From contig OY761611.1 of NCBI GenBank assembly GCA_963664875.1, positions 3,744,001 to 3,808,000 on the forward strand: 64,000 bases of DNA, given 5' to 3'. Position numbers and translations under genes: made by a program. This DNA comes from Candidatus Kapaibacterium sp. (GTDB lineage: Bacteria; Bacteroidota; Ignavibacteria; Kapaibacteriales; UBA2268). Each line of letters begins with the position of its first letter. Within the stretch, counting starts at the first letter, position 1. Under the pieces are notes generated by a model. The model made no database searches. It saw only the letters and a program-made list of their open reading frames with translations, and had not been told where the DNA came from. Below are positions 9,211 to 18,439 of this stretch, in pieces.

Positions 9211-11184
9211 ATGAAATTGTTTTTTACTGCTTTATTTTTTATTCTACTTAACTCTTCAGCCTTTGCATCCGATAGTTTACGGATTAGCGAAAAGCTTACC
9301 CGTGAAAATCTGATGGAGAATGTTTATCTTGCAGAATCTGTCTTGGAAACAGATCCAAAGCTTGGGAATAAACTGTCCAAAGATTTCTATGTAACAGCAC
9401 ATAAGTCATGTGATTCTCTTATAATTACTTATGCTCATTACATAATGGCACGAGCAGAATCATACTTTGGCAACTATCAGTTAGCTCTCTATAATTCCAA
9501 ACTTTCCCTAAAAATAATGGAATTTGAACGCTCTGAAATTGAGAAGTTCGATGTTGTAAATGTTCATTGTTCGATACTTACTGAAATGAGCGAATTTGAC
9601 GAGGCACTGCGAGTGATGCAGGAGCTCATCCTGCCAATGATTAAAGATTCTGAAACGATAAATATGCGATATAACTCAGCTATGGGTTCTATCTATGCAC
9701 TTAAGAAAGATTATGAGAAAGCACTGCCTTATTACTGGTATTCGCTTGCTGATGCTTTAGAGAAAAAAAATAAAATATTTATAGCTTTTATTTGTAACAA
9801 TGTAGCATCTGCTTATGTTCATTTGAATAAACAGGATTCTGCTGATTATTACATAGATCTGGCAGAAAAGAATTTAAAAGAATCTGACCAATTTATTATC
9901 GTCTCCTATTTGAATTTCACAAAAGCTGAGTATCATTATGCGTTTGGTGATTTTGAAAAGGGAGTCAATGAGATTGATAAATGTATAGAGATACAAAAAG
10001 ATATCAATGATATGTTAACTGCAGATGCCTATGAACTTAAAAGCAAATTGCTTGATTCTCTGGGAAGGCATCACGAAGCTTTCCATGCTATGGAGTTATA
10101 TGCTGCCACTTATAAAAAATACCATACCTCGGAGTCTTCTATCAGGGAGAGAAAAAATCAGCTGTTTTTCGAGCTTAATAAAACCCGAACTGATATTGAT
10201 ATTTTGCACAAACAGCTTGACTTTCAAAGAACTACGTTTTACATTATTTCTGTCTTGGGCATTGTTGTCTCTATCGCTTTGACAATTTCTTTATTAAGAA
10301 ACAGACGCAGAACCACAAGAATTGACGAATATACAGAGATTATGAAAGTACAGCAGCTCGAACTCAAAAATATAAACAAAGAAATGGAAGAGTCGAGAGA
10401 GAAGATAATATTTGATGCAAATAAACTTATGCATCTTAACCAAAAGCTGATAGACTCGGAAGAAGAGCTCAAGCAGCTGAATGTGACAAAAGATAAATTC
10501 TTTTCTATCATTGCTCATGACCTAAAGAATCCATTTGCATCAATGAAAAATCTCTCCGATTTGCTGCATGATAACTATTCGATGCTCGACGAAGAGGATA
10601 GGGTAGAGATAATTGCCTCTATGAAACTGACATCGCAACGTATTTTTGAATTGCTCGAAAACCTACTTACATGGTCTCGCTCTCAAAGAGGAATAATTAA
10701 TTTCAATCCTGATATAGTAACTCCTTTGTTTATTGTGCAGAATAATTTTGATTTGCTCGCAGAAAATGCAGCCAATAAAGATATTGCTCTAATCAATGAA
10801 ATCCCTGATAATATGGAAATCGTTGCTGATTCGAATTTGCTAAGCACTATCATTCGCAATTTGACATCGAACGCTATCAAATTTACTCCTGCCGGAGGAA
10901 ATATTACAGTGGGAGCAACAGATGCCGGAGACTATACAGAGTTTTACGTAAAAGACACCGGAGTCGGAATAAGCGAAGCTGATATTCAAAAATTATTTAG
11001 GATAGATATTTCGCATACTACGATAGGAACCGGAGCCGAAAAGGGAACAGGCTTGGGCTTGATTTTATGTAAAGAGTTTGTAGAAAAGCATGATGGAAGA
11101 ATTTGGGTAGAGAGCGAAATAAGCAAAGGCACAACTTTTAAGTTCACACTTAAAAAAATGTCTTTAGAAAATTTTGAGAGTTAA
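9211..11184 (+). CDS. TPR-sensor histidine kinase (periplasmic TPRs, TM, HisKA, HATPase)
   Basis: H-box IAHDLKNP, N-box NLTSNAIKF, DTGVG and GTGLGL. Start moved to ATG 9211 (MKLFF.. signal peptide) because the ORF-track start abuts the terminator. Confidence 0.9.
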   Translation: MKLFFTALFFILLNSSAFASDSLRISEKLTRENLMENVYLAESVLETDPKLGNKLSKDFYVTAHKSCDSLIITYAHYIMARAESYFGNYQLALYNSKLSLKIMEFERSEIEKFDVVNVHCSILTEMSEFDEALRVMQELILPMIKDSETINMRYNSAMGSIYALKKDYEKALPYYWYSLADALEKKNKIFIAFICNNVASAYVHLNKQDSADYYIDLAEKNLKESDQFIIVSYLNFTKAEYHYAFGDFEKGVNEIDKCIEIQKDINDMLTADAYELKSKLLDSLGRHHEAFHAMELYAATYKKYHTSESSIRERKNQLFFELNKTRTDIDILHKQLDFQRTTFYIISVLGIVVSIALTISLLRNRRRTTRIDEYTEIMKVQQLELKNINKEMEESREKIIFDANKLMHLNQKLIDSEEELKQLNVTKDKFFSIIAHDLKNPFASMKNLSDLLHDNYSMLDEEDRVEIIASMKLTSQRIFELLENLLTWSRSQRGIINFNPDIVTPLFIVQNNFDLLAENAANKDIALINEIPDNMEIVADSNLLSTIIRNLTSNAIKFTPAGGNITVGATDAGDYTEFYVKDTGVGISEADIQKLFRIDISHTTIGTGAEKGTGLGLILCKEFVEKHDGRIWVESEISKGTTFKFTLKKMSLENFES

Positions 11185-11216
11185 TATTTTTGCTTGCACG
11201 CAATCTAAAATTGTCA

Positions 11217-11225
11217 TATATTTGC
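11217..11225 (+). promoter_or_regulatory. Bacteroidota-type -7 promoter element (TAnnTTTG) for the tRNA cluster
   Basis: TATATTTGC about 20 nt upstream of the first tRNA, with TTG motifs further upstream. Confidence 0.55.
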
Positions 11226-11244
11226 ACTCTCTTTGATTGAGTAA

Positions 11245-11319
11245 GGGCGAGTAGCTCAGTTGGTCTAGAGCACCTGCCTTACAAGCAGGGGGTCGGGAGT
11301 TCGACTCTCTCCTCGCCCA
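11245..11319 (+). tRNA. tRNA-Val (TAC), copy 1
   Basis: GGGCGAG/CTCGCCC acceptor stem, D arm, CCTGC-CTTACAA-GCAGG anticodon arm, TTCGACT T-loop. CCA not encoded. Confidence 0.97.
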
Positions 11320-11392
11320 CAAAACTTACTCAAAAAAAAGAGATAACTTTTGTTCTCTGAAATATCATATCGAAACATAAAAGAACGCATAG

Positions 11393-11467
11393 GGGCGAGT
11401 AGCTCAGTTGGTCTAGAGCACCTGCCTTACAAGCAGGGGGTCGGGAGTTCGACTCTCTCCTCGCCCA
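11393..11467 (+). tRNA. tRNA-Val (TAC), copy 2
   Basis: Identical to copy 1. Confidence 0.97.
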
Positions 11468-11558
11468 CAAAATATAAGCTTATTGCTTATAATCTTCTTT
11501 CAATTAGAAGAAATATTGTTCTTTATGATAAGATATGAAACTTTGATGTAAGCAAAAG

Positions 11559-11633
11559 GGGCGAGTAGCTCAGTTGGTCTAGAGCACCTGCCTTACAAGC
11601 AGGGGGTCGGGAGTTCGACTCTCTCCTCGCCCA
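11559..11633 (+). tRNA. tRNA-Val (TAC), copy 3
   Basis: Identical to copy 1. Confidence 0.97.
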
Positions 11634-11637
11634 CAAT

Positions 11638-11681
11638 AAAAAACCTGTATCTGAATATTTAAATCGGATACAGGTTTTTTT
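11638..11681 (+). terminator. Intrinsic terminator after the tRNA cluster
   Basis: AAAAAACCTGTATCTGA...TCGGATACAGGTTTTTTT hairpin. Confidence 0.85.
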
Positions 11682-11693
11682 ATTTGTGGAATT

Positions 11694-12079
11694 AACCGAG
11701 ATCCCTAATACAAACTTGCGTTTGTGGCAAAAAGGAGCTAACTGTTTGTCTATTTTATTCTTTATAAATATCATTTAGTCGAAAAAAATATATATGATAG
11801 CATAGTAAATAGTCCGTGTATTGCCTATATATTGCATCAGCACTCCATAATATAGACATTTGTTTTCAGTAATTCCTTAATTGGATGTGCTTCTTACGCT
11901 TAAACACTAGATTTGGAGAGGAGACAAAGCGTTCTTTTTTCTTTTTCTTTGGTTTCCGTTTCTTTTTCTTTTTTATCGCAAAAAAAAGAAAAAGAAATGG
12001 AAAAAGTAGCACCAATCTCTTATTTATATCACCTATAAAGGAAAGTCTAGCCGCCCTTACAGGGCTCTGTTTACTCAAT
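11694..12079 (-). mobile_element. Repeated element, copy B (inverted, right half only)
   Basis: Reverse complement matches 3443-3822 and the right half of copy C, including the right end GGGATCTCGG shared with copy C. Confidence 0.8.
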
Positions 12080-12254
12080 CCTTTTACATTGAAAATCCCA
12101 AAATATTTATTCCTTCTTCGCAAATACATGGCTTTGCACATATTCAGCTTTCCAATTAGAAATGGATTTAAGAGTAGAAGTGGGGCAGATGCAAAAAAAA
12201 GAGCACGAACCCTTTTTGGAGCCCGCACCCTTTTTTGTGTTATTGGAGGGTTTC

Positions 12255-15242
12255 TTATTTAATAATAAGAAGTTGTTTTGTAACGTTCAAGCCGTTAACA
12301 GAATATTTCAAGAAGTAAACACCATTAGCAAGTTTGCTACCATCGAAGTCGATTGAGTAAACACCTGCGTTATGGAATTGATTTACCAAATTAGCAATTT
12401 TATTACCTGTTGCATCATATACAGTCAAATTAACATCAGAAGCATTTTCTACATTATATTTGATTGTAGTGTTAGAAGCAAATGGGTTAGGATAGTTAGC
12501 AAGTAATTCTAAACCACTTGCAACATCTTCCTGTACAGAAACAATATTATCTACATAACCTGCAGTGTGCAACAAAGTCCAATCTGCAACCCAAAGGTCA
12601 TCAGAAGAAGGACCAAAAGCACCGATGAAGTTTGTTTGAGTAAAGAAATTGTCGCCTACAGTAGCAACTTCTTTAGTTAAAGCAGGAGAGCCCGGAGCAG
12701 GTTTAGGATCTAATTTAGTACCACCTTGTTCTGCACCATCTCTACCGATTTGACCAAGCATAGGGTTTTCAATCCAGTTTTTGTTTTCAGCATTACCAAA
12801 GTATTCTCTAACAAAAGCCTGACCGTCGCCCGGAGCCATATTGTCTAATGAGTTACCACCTTTGAAACCGTACCAGATGTTGTTATTGAAAACAAGGTCT
12901 TTAGCTTCTAAGCGAGCTCTTGAGTCTTCACCTGATGCCAAATCTTCAATTTCGATACCTTTACCACCAAAGTCAGTAAAGATTGAGTTTTTATAAGTAC
13001 CGCCTGCGTTATCTCTAACGTGTAAGCCCATAGATTTATCATTAGTAGAAGCAGTGCCACTACCGATGTAAGTTGCATTGTAAATTACAGGTTTAGCATA
13101 CGGCATAGCATCTTCAGGTTTAGTTGCACCATCATGCTCGCCTGCACAGTTACCTGCATCTTCAGCTTGGATAGAGAACCAGAACTGACCTTTGCCATTG
13201 AAACCTTCATCATAGTCAAAAGAGTCATCACCATTGAAGGCAGAAACCAAATATTTAGTATTTACTGTACCGCCAAAGAATTCAAAGCCATCATCAGCAT
13301 TTCTGAAAACTTCAACGTGTTCGATAGTAGTACCTGCACCAACTGCACCAAGAGAAAGACCATTGATTTCATTGTTCGCACCGATGTCTGTGCCACCATG
13401 GCGAAGAGATACGTATCTGATAATACCTGAATTGTCGTTCAAATCAGGAGTTTCACCACCACCGTAAGCGCCGCGAGGTTCACTTGAAGGAATACCTTCG
13501 ATATTGCCTACGCCACCGGGAGTGTTAATTTGAGATTTACCAAGAACCAAAAGTCCACCCCATAGACCGCTTGCATCTAAAGGCATATCGTCTAAAACTG
13601 CAGGGTCGTCATATTCTGAAGTAAAGATAATAGGAGCATCTGCTGTTCCAAGTGCATTGATTTTTGCACCGCGGCAAATGATAAGAGCAGAAGCCTGTTC
13701 ACCTGCACCAGGCATACCTTTGATTACTGTACCTGCTTCGATGTTAAGAGTAGCACCTTCTTCTACAAAAATGAAACCATTTAAGTGGTAAGTGTTATTT
13801 GATGACCAATTTACAGTTTCACCTGCTTTGATGTCTGAGTCAAAAACCTGAATATCAGTACCGGTAGAGCCACCATCAGAAAGGAAACCTGCAGCGTCTA
13901 ACATTGTCCAGCCTTTAAGCCAGAAGTTTGTTTGACCAAAAGCTCCAATATAGTCTGTCTGAGTGAACCATTCATCATCTACCGGATAGTCTGCTGCAGT
14001 TTTAGTAAGAGCAGGAGAGCCTGTTTGCGGACGAGGATCTAATTTAGCATCATTAGAGCGAGTTACTCCACGAAGCATAGGACTTTCGATCCAGTTGTTG
14101 TTTGAAGCGTCAGCTAAATAGTTTCTTACAAAAGCCTGACCTTCACCCGGAGCGATGTTATCTAAAGAGTTACCACCCGCGAATCCATACCATAAGTTGT
14201 TATTTAAAACTACGTCACCGGCTTCAAGACGAGCTCTTGAGTCTTCACCGGATTCTAAGTCTTCTATTTCGATACCTTTACCACCAAAATCAGTAAATAT
14301 TGAATTTTTGTAAGTGCCGCCTGAGTTATCTCTAATATGTAATCCCATAGATTTATCATATCCTGAGTTAGCTCCGCTACCAATATAAGTTGCATTATAA
14401 ATTACAGGTTTTGCATACGGCATAGCGTCTTCGGGTTTTGTAGCACCATCATGTTCGCCACCACAATTACCTGCATCTTCAGCCTGAATAGAGAACCAGA
14501 ACTGACCTTTACCATTAAAACCTTCATCATAGTCAAAAGAGTCATCTCCATTGAAAGCGGAGATAAGATATTTTGTATTTACTGTGCCGCCGAAGAATTC
14601 GAAACCGTCGTCAGCATTTCTAAAAACTTCTACGTATTCTATAGTTGTTCCTGCACCAACAGCACCAAGAGAAAGTCCATTGATTTCGTTATTTGCACCA
14701 ATGTCTGTGCCACCATGGCGAATTGAAACATATCTTATTACACCTGAATTGTCATTCAAATCCGGAGTTTCACCACCGCCATAAGTGCCACGTGGTTCGC
14801 TTGAAGGAATACCTTCGATGTTACCGACACCACCCGGAGTATTTATTTGTGATTTGCCAAGTACCAGCAAACCGCCCCAAAGGCCGCTTGCGTCTAAAGG
14901 CATATCGTTTGGATCATTTGGGTTATCAACCAAAGCTGTGAAAATAATTGGCTTATCAGCAGTTCCGTTAGCAAAAATTTTAGCACCGCGAGTAATAATC
15001 AATGCAGAAGCATCTTCGCCTGCACCCGGTTTTCCTTTGATAATAGTTCCGGGTTCGATAGTAAGGACTGCTCCTTCTTCAACAAACACAAAGCCGTCAA
15101 GGACATAAGTATTATTAGCAGTCCATGTAACTTGGTCGTTAGCATTTATTGACTCGTCAGTTACATTAATAACTTCGGCTTTACCGAAATAAATAAATGT
15201 CATAAATGCGAAAAGTGCGGCAAACATTTTGAAATTCATCAA
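12255..15242 (-). CDS. T9SS-secreted protein with two tandem beta-helix-like domains
   Basis: Signal peptide, two near-identical ~430-aa repeats (GLWGGL...IRYVSIRHGG...EINGL...DDGFEFFGG) and a T9SS type A CTD (NYPNPF...GVYF). Confidence 0.85.
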   Translation of the reverse strand: MMNFKMFAALFAFMTFIYFGKAEVINVTDESINANDQVTWTANNTYVLDGFVFVEEGAVLTIEPGTIIKGKPGAGEDASALIITRGAKIFANGTADKPIIFTALVDNPNDPNDMPLDASGLWGGLLVLGKSQINTPGGVGNIEGIPSSEPRGTYGGGETPDLNDNSGVIRYVSIRHGGTDIGANNEINGLSLGAVGAGTTIEYVEVFRNADDGFEFFGGTVNTKYLISAFNGDDSFDYDEGFNGKGQFWFSIQAEDAGNCGGEHDGATKPEDAMPYAKPVIYNATYIGSGANSGYDKSMGLHIRDNSGGTYKNSIFTDFGGKGIEIEDLESGEDSRARLEAGDVVLNNNLWYGFAGGNSLDNIAPGEGQAFVRNYLADASNNNWIESPMLRGVTRSNDAKLDPRPQTGSPALTKTAADYPVDDEWFTQTDYIGAFGQTNFWLKGWTMLDAAGFLSDGGSTGTDIQVFDSDIKAGETVNWSSNNTYHLNGFIFVEEGATLNIEAGTVIKGMPGAGEQASALIICRGAKINALGTADAPIIFTSEYDDPAVLDDMPLDASGLWGGLLVLGKSQINTPGGVGNIEGIPSSEPRGAYGGGETPDLNDNSGIIRYVSLRHGGTDIGANNEINGLSLGAVGAGTTIEHVEVFRNADDGFEFFGGTVNTKYLVSAFNGDDSFDYDEGFNGKGQFWFSIQAEDAGNCAGEHDGATKPEDAMPYAKPVIYNATYIGSGTASTNDKSMGLHVRDNAGGTYKNSIFTDFGGKGIEIEDLASGEDSRARLEAKDLVFNNNIWYGFKGGNSLDNMAPGDGQAFVREYFGNAENKNWIENPMLGQIGRDGAEQGGTKLDPKPAPGSPALTKEVATVGDNFFTQTNFIGAFGPSSDDLWVADWTLLHTAGYVDNIVSVQEDVASGLELLANYPNPFASNTTIKYNVENASDVNLTVYDATGNKIANLVNQFHNAGVYSIDFDGSKLANGVYFLKYSVNGLNVTKQLLIIK

Positions 15243-15302
15243 AATACTCCTTAATTTATAAGTAGGGTTAAACAGTTATTTCTTTGGTTTACAAAGTTTT
15301 AT

Positions 15303-15338
15303 AAAGCAAGGGGCAAAGGGTGAGCCCCTTGCTTTTTT
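15303..15338. terminator. Hairpin or terminator between the TonB receptor and the T9SS gene
   Basis: AAAGCAAGGGGC...GCCCCTTGCTTT inverted repeat. Confidence 0.6.
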
Positions 15339-15345
15339 AGTAATT

Positions 15346-18231
15346 TTAGTCTAAGCTATAAGAAACACCAATCGAGAAAGATCTACCAAGAGAATATTGC
15401 TGAGTGATGTATTCTTGTCCTTTGAATTCCTGAGCTTTTTTCACTTCAGAATCCAATATGTTTTTAGCTGATATTTTCAATTTCAAATTGTCTAAGAGTT
15501 TCTGAGAAAAGACCAATCCAATATCAGGTCTTGAGTATTCATACACATCCGGTGTACCCTGCTGAGTTACTTCAGATAGGCGTTTACCAAAAATGTTGTA
15601 GTTAATGCTTGCTTCTGTACCTGATTCCATATTGACATAGGCAAAATCAAAGTTTACGATAAATGGAGACTGCCCCTGTAACTCTCTTGTGCCTTTTGCA
15701 TTAGGATCATACGCTTGGATGACTTTCAATTCTTCAGGTGATATGTCAACTTTAGATTGAACCAAAGTTACGTTAGTACCTAATTGTAGATTGTTTGCCC
15801 ATGTACCAAGGAAGCCTAATTGTTTTCTGAACTCGAATTCGGCTCCATAAAGCGAAGCAGTTTCAACATTTTGGTACTGGATTTCTTTATTTACATTGAT
15901 GATTACTCTTTCTATCGGATTTGTAAAGTCTTTGTAGAACAAGCTAACAGCAAGGATTTCACCCGGATTTGCAAAATATTCCCATCTCAAATCGTAGTTG
16001 TCGATTTTAGTTCTTTGTAGATCAGAGTTACCAAGCAAAATGTAACCACCGACGTACTCGAAAGAGGAGTAAGGAGCAAATTCTCTAAAGTTTGGTCTTG
16101 CTATTGTTTTGCCAAATGCAAAACGCAAGTTCATTTTATCGTTGAAGCCATAAACCATATTTACTGAAGGTAGCCAATCTTGTTCCGCAAGGTTACCAAC
16201 AGCTTTTAATGTGTCACGGCTTGTAACAGTAATGTCAGTTGTTTCGTATCTTACACCACCGATAATTCTAAAGTTAGAAACATAAGGAACTGTCCAGTCT
16301 ATCATACCATAACCTGCACCAATAGTCTGTTCACCATCATAAGATGATTTGGTTGGATCATAGTATTGGATATAATTACCGAAGCGAGGGAATTTGCTTG
16401 AGCTATCGATAATACCTGCATTATTTTTGAAGAAATTATCAGCATCGCCGTCATAATTTGCTCTGTCTTGAGCTATATCAAATCTGAATTCTTGGAAAGA
16501 ACGGGTCTTTTCAGTGTAAGCCATACCTGTTTTGAATTTAAAAGCATTGCCTACCCAGTCTTCTAATGGCAGTTCGTAGTTGAGGTTTACTGAGTTCAAG
16601 TCTTCAGATAGATTTCTGAAATATCTTGAAGGGTATTTGTAAAGAGATTGATCTATATCGTATCTTCTTTCACCTGTTTCTTCATCAATAGAATAGTCAT
16701 TAGTAAAGAATCTCAAATCAGGTTCGTCTTGAGTGTTTTGGCTGATAGATACCTGCCAGTCCAATTTTGAACCCAATACAGACGGCATATTGTGCTTACC
16801 TGAAAACTGTAGGGAAGACATAGCTCTTTCCACATAGCTAAGCACTCTTGTTTCATAAGTTCTGTCAAGACCGTAGTATCTGTCATAACCTTCCTGGTAA
16901 CGGGCAGAAGATTCGCCTGACTGATTGTACATATAGTTAACAGAGATTTGGTTGTTTTGAGTAAGGTTATAAGATAAATTACCCATAGCTCCCCAAAGCA
17001 CTTCGTCTGTTGATTTTTTGTCAGTAACTTTATTATCGTCTGTAAGGCTTGTTACGTTTTCTGCTGAACCAGAAAGAGAGTAGAAAGCATTTAAACCATT
17101 GTCATAAGATTTGAATTTTCTTCCGTAGCTAAAGCTTGCCACATAACCCAATTCGCTGCCAAATAGTTCTACCTGATCGCCGACATTTGCAGAAAAACTT
17201 CTGTCTATCGGAGCAGTCGTAGTAGTAGGAGACATCTGAGTATCAAAAGATTTTGTCAAATCATTTAGCAGCTGTGCTTTTTCAGGATCCATCCAAGTGT
17301 CCTGAAGGTAAGGAACAGCAGCATTAGGATTGTTTATTATTTCCTGAACAGCAGCGGGTATATCTCTTTTACCATTATCATAACCCAACCAGTCAGTATC
17401 AGAGCCACCATAAGTTAGCATATCTTTTCCGGTAGTCTGAGAGTTCATGGAAGAAGAAAGAGAAATTGAAGCTCTGAATTTATCAGGAAATGATTTAGTT
17501 GCAATATTTACTGCACCGCCTGTGAAATCACCCGGTTTGTCGGGAGTTGCGGTTTTAGTAGTAACAATGTTTTCTATTAGGTTAGTCGGGAATAAATCAA
17601 GGTGAACAGAACGTTTGTCAGGGTCAGCTGAAGGTAACTGAGCTCCGTTAAGCTGAGTAGAAGCATATCTGTCGCCCAAACCTCTGATATAAACATATTT
17701 CCCGCCAACTGTAGTAGCACCGGTAACTTTTTTAATAGCATCACCGGCGTCGCCCGAACCGCCTCTTGAAATCTCTTCAGAGCCGATAGCGTCGCTCATA
17801 GCAGTTGCTTTTTGTCTGTCTTTTAAAAGAGCAGCACCGTTGTTTTTTATAGCTTTAGCAGTAACCACCACAGCATCTGTAGTAGTAACTTTTGTTGCCA
17901 TAGTAATGTTTATTTGTTTTGTTTCGCCGGGACCAACGTTTATATTAGCAACTTCAAACTGTTGGTATCCGACATAAGTACAAACTAATGTGTAAGTACC
18001 CGGTGTAATATCTTTGATGCGGTATTTGCCGCCCATTTTAGAAATTGCACCTTTTTTCTGATCTTTTAAAAATACTCTCGCTCCTATTAGAGCATCTCCG
18101 GTAGCTTCACTAACAACTTTACCGGTAATTACAGCTTTTTCTTCCGCAGACAAAGTAGTTGCGGATAAGATTGAAACTAAGAAAAGCACTATCAATTTCA
18201 TTGATGAAATTTTCAAGGCACCCTCCAACAA
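15346..18231 (-). CDS. TonB-dependent receptor with N-terminal carboxypeptidase-regulatory-like domain
   Basis: ITGKVV..TGDALIGA, plug motif YIRGLGDRY, TIARPNFRE, NYDLRWEYF and C-terminal GRSFSIGVSY. Start could be 18216 (TTG) or 18201 (ATG). Confidence 0.92.
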   Translation of the reverse strand: MLEGALKISSMKLIVLFLVSILSATTLSAEEKAVITGKVVSEATGDALIGARVFLKDQKKGAISKMGGKYRIKDITPGTYTLVCTYVGYQQFEVANINVGPGETKQINITMATKVTTTDAVVVTAKAIKNNGAALLKDRQKATAMSDAIGSEEISRGGSGDAGDAIKKVTGATTVGGKYVYIRGLGDRYASTQLNGAQLPSADPDKRSVHLDLFPTNLIENIVTTKTATPDKPGDFTGGAVNIATKSFPDKFRASISLSSSMNSQTTGKDMLTYGGSDTDWLGYDNGKRDIPAAVQEIINNPNAAVPYLQDTWMDPEKAQLLNDLTKSFDTQMSPTTTTAPIDRSFSANVGDQVELFGSELGYVASFSYGRKFKSYDNGLNAFYSLSGSAENVTSLTDDNKVTDKKSTDEVLWGAMGNLSYNLTQNNQISVNYMYNQSGESSARYQEGYDRYYGLDRTYETRVLSYVERAMSSLQFSGKHNMPSVLGSKLDWQVSISQNTQDEPDLRFFTNDYSIDEETGERRYDIDQSLYKYPSRYFRNLSEDLNSVNLNYELPLEDWVGNAFKFKTGMAYTEKTRSFQEFRFDIAQDRANYDGDADNFFKNNAGIIDSSSKFPRFGNYIQYYDPTKSSYDGEQTIGAGYGMIDWTVPYVSNFRIIGGVRYETTDITVTSRDTLKAVGNLAEQDWLPSVNMVYGFNDKMNLRFAFGKTIARPNFREFAPYSSFEYVGGYILLGNSDLQRTKIDNYDLRWEYFANPGEILAVSLFYKDFTNPIERVIINVNKEIQYQNVETASLYGAEFEFRKQLGFLGTWANNLQLGTNVTLVQSKVDISPEELKVIQAYDPNAKGTRELQGQSPFIVNFDFAYVNMESGTEASINYNIFGKRLSEVTQQGTPDVYEYSRPDIGLVFSQKLLDNLKLKISAKNILDSEVKKAQEFKGQEYITQQYSLGRSFSIGVSYSLD

Positions 18232-18318
18232 AAAATATTATAACACAAAATATCTAAGCAGGAACTGTAAAATTTACAGTATGCAAAGTTCCCAATTTAG
18301 TATGTGCTTGATATAAAG

Positions 18319-18340
18319 CTTATGTTAAACTTATGTTAAA
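18319..18340 (-). promoter_or_regulatory. Tandem 11-bp direct repeat, PhoB/PhoP (OmpR family) box-like
   Basis: CTTATGTTAAA twice (TTTAACATAAG twice on the minus strand), upstream of the TonB receptor. Confidence 0.6.
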
Positions 18341-18439
18341 CCATTTATTGAGGCTTTTTATCAAGAAAAGCTGAATAATTGGCACTTTTTTTGTCGCATT
18401 TCTTTCGGTGTATTATATACTTTTCAAAACAGGCAAAAA

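Noticed and set aside
11245-11633. CRISPR-like array of three identical repeats with unique spacers
   Set aside because: The repeats are 75-nt cloverleaf tRNA-Val genes and there are no cas genes.
11350-12356. Short ORFs overlapping the tRNAs and the plus strand of repeat copy B
   Set aside because: They overlap tRNAs, terminators or repeat DNA and are not conserved in the other copies.
13134-15108. Repeated plus-strand ORFs
   Set aside because: Antisense shadows of the internally duplicated T9SS gene.
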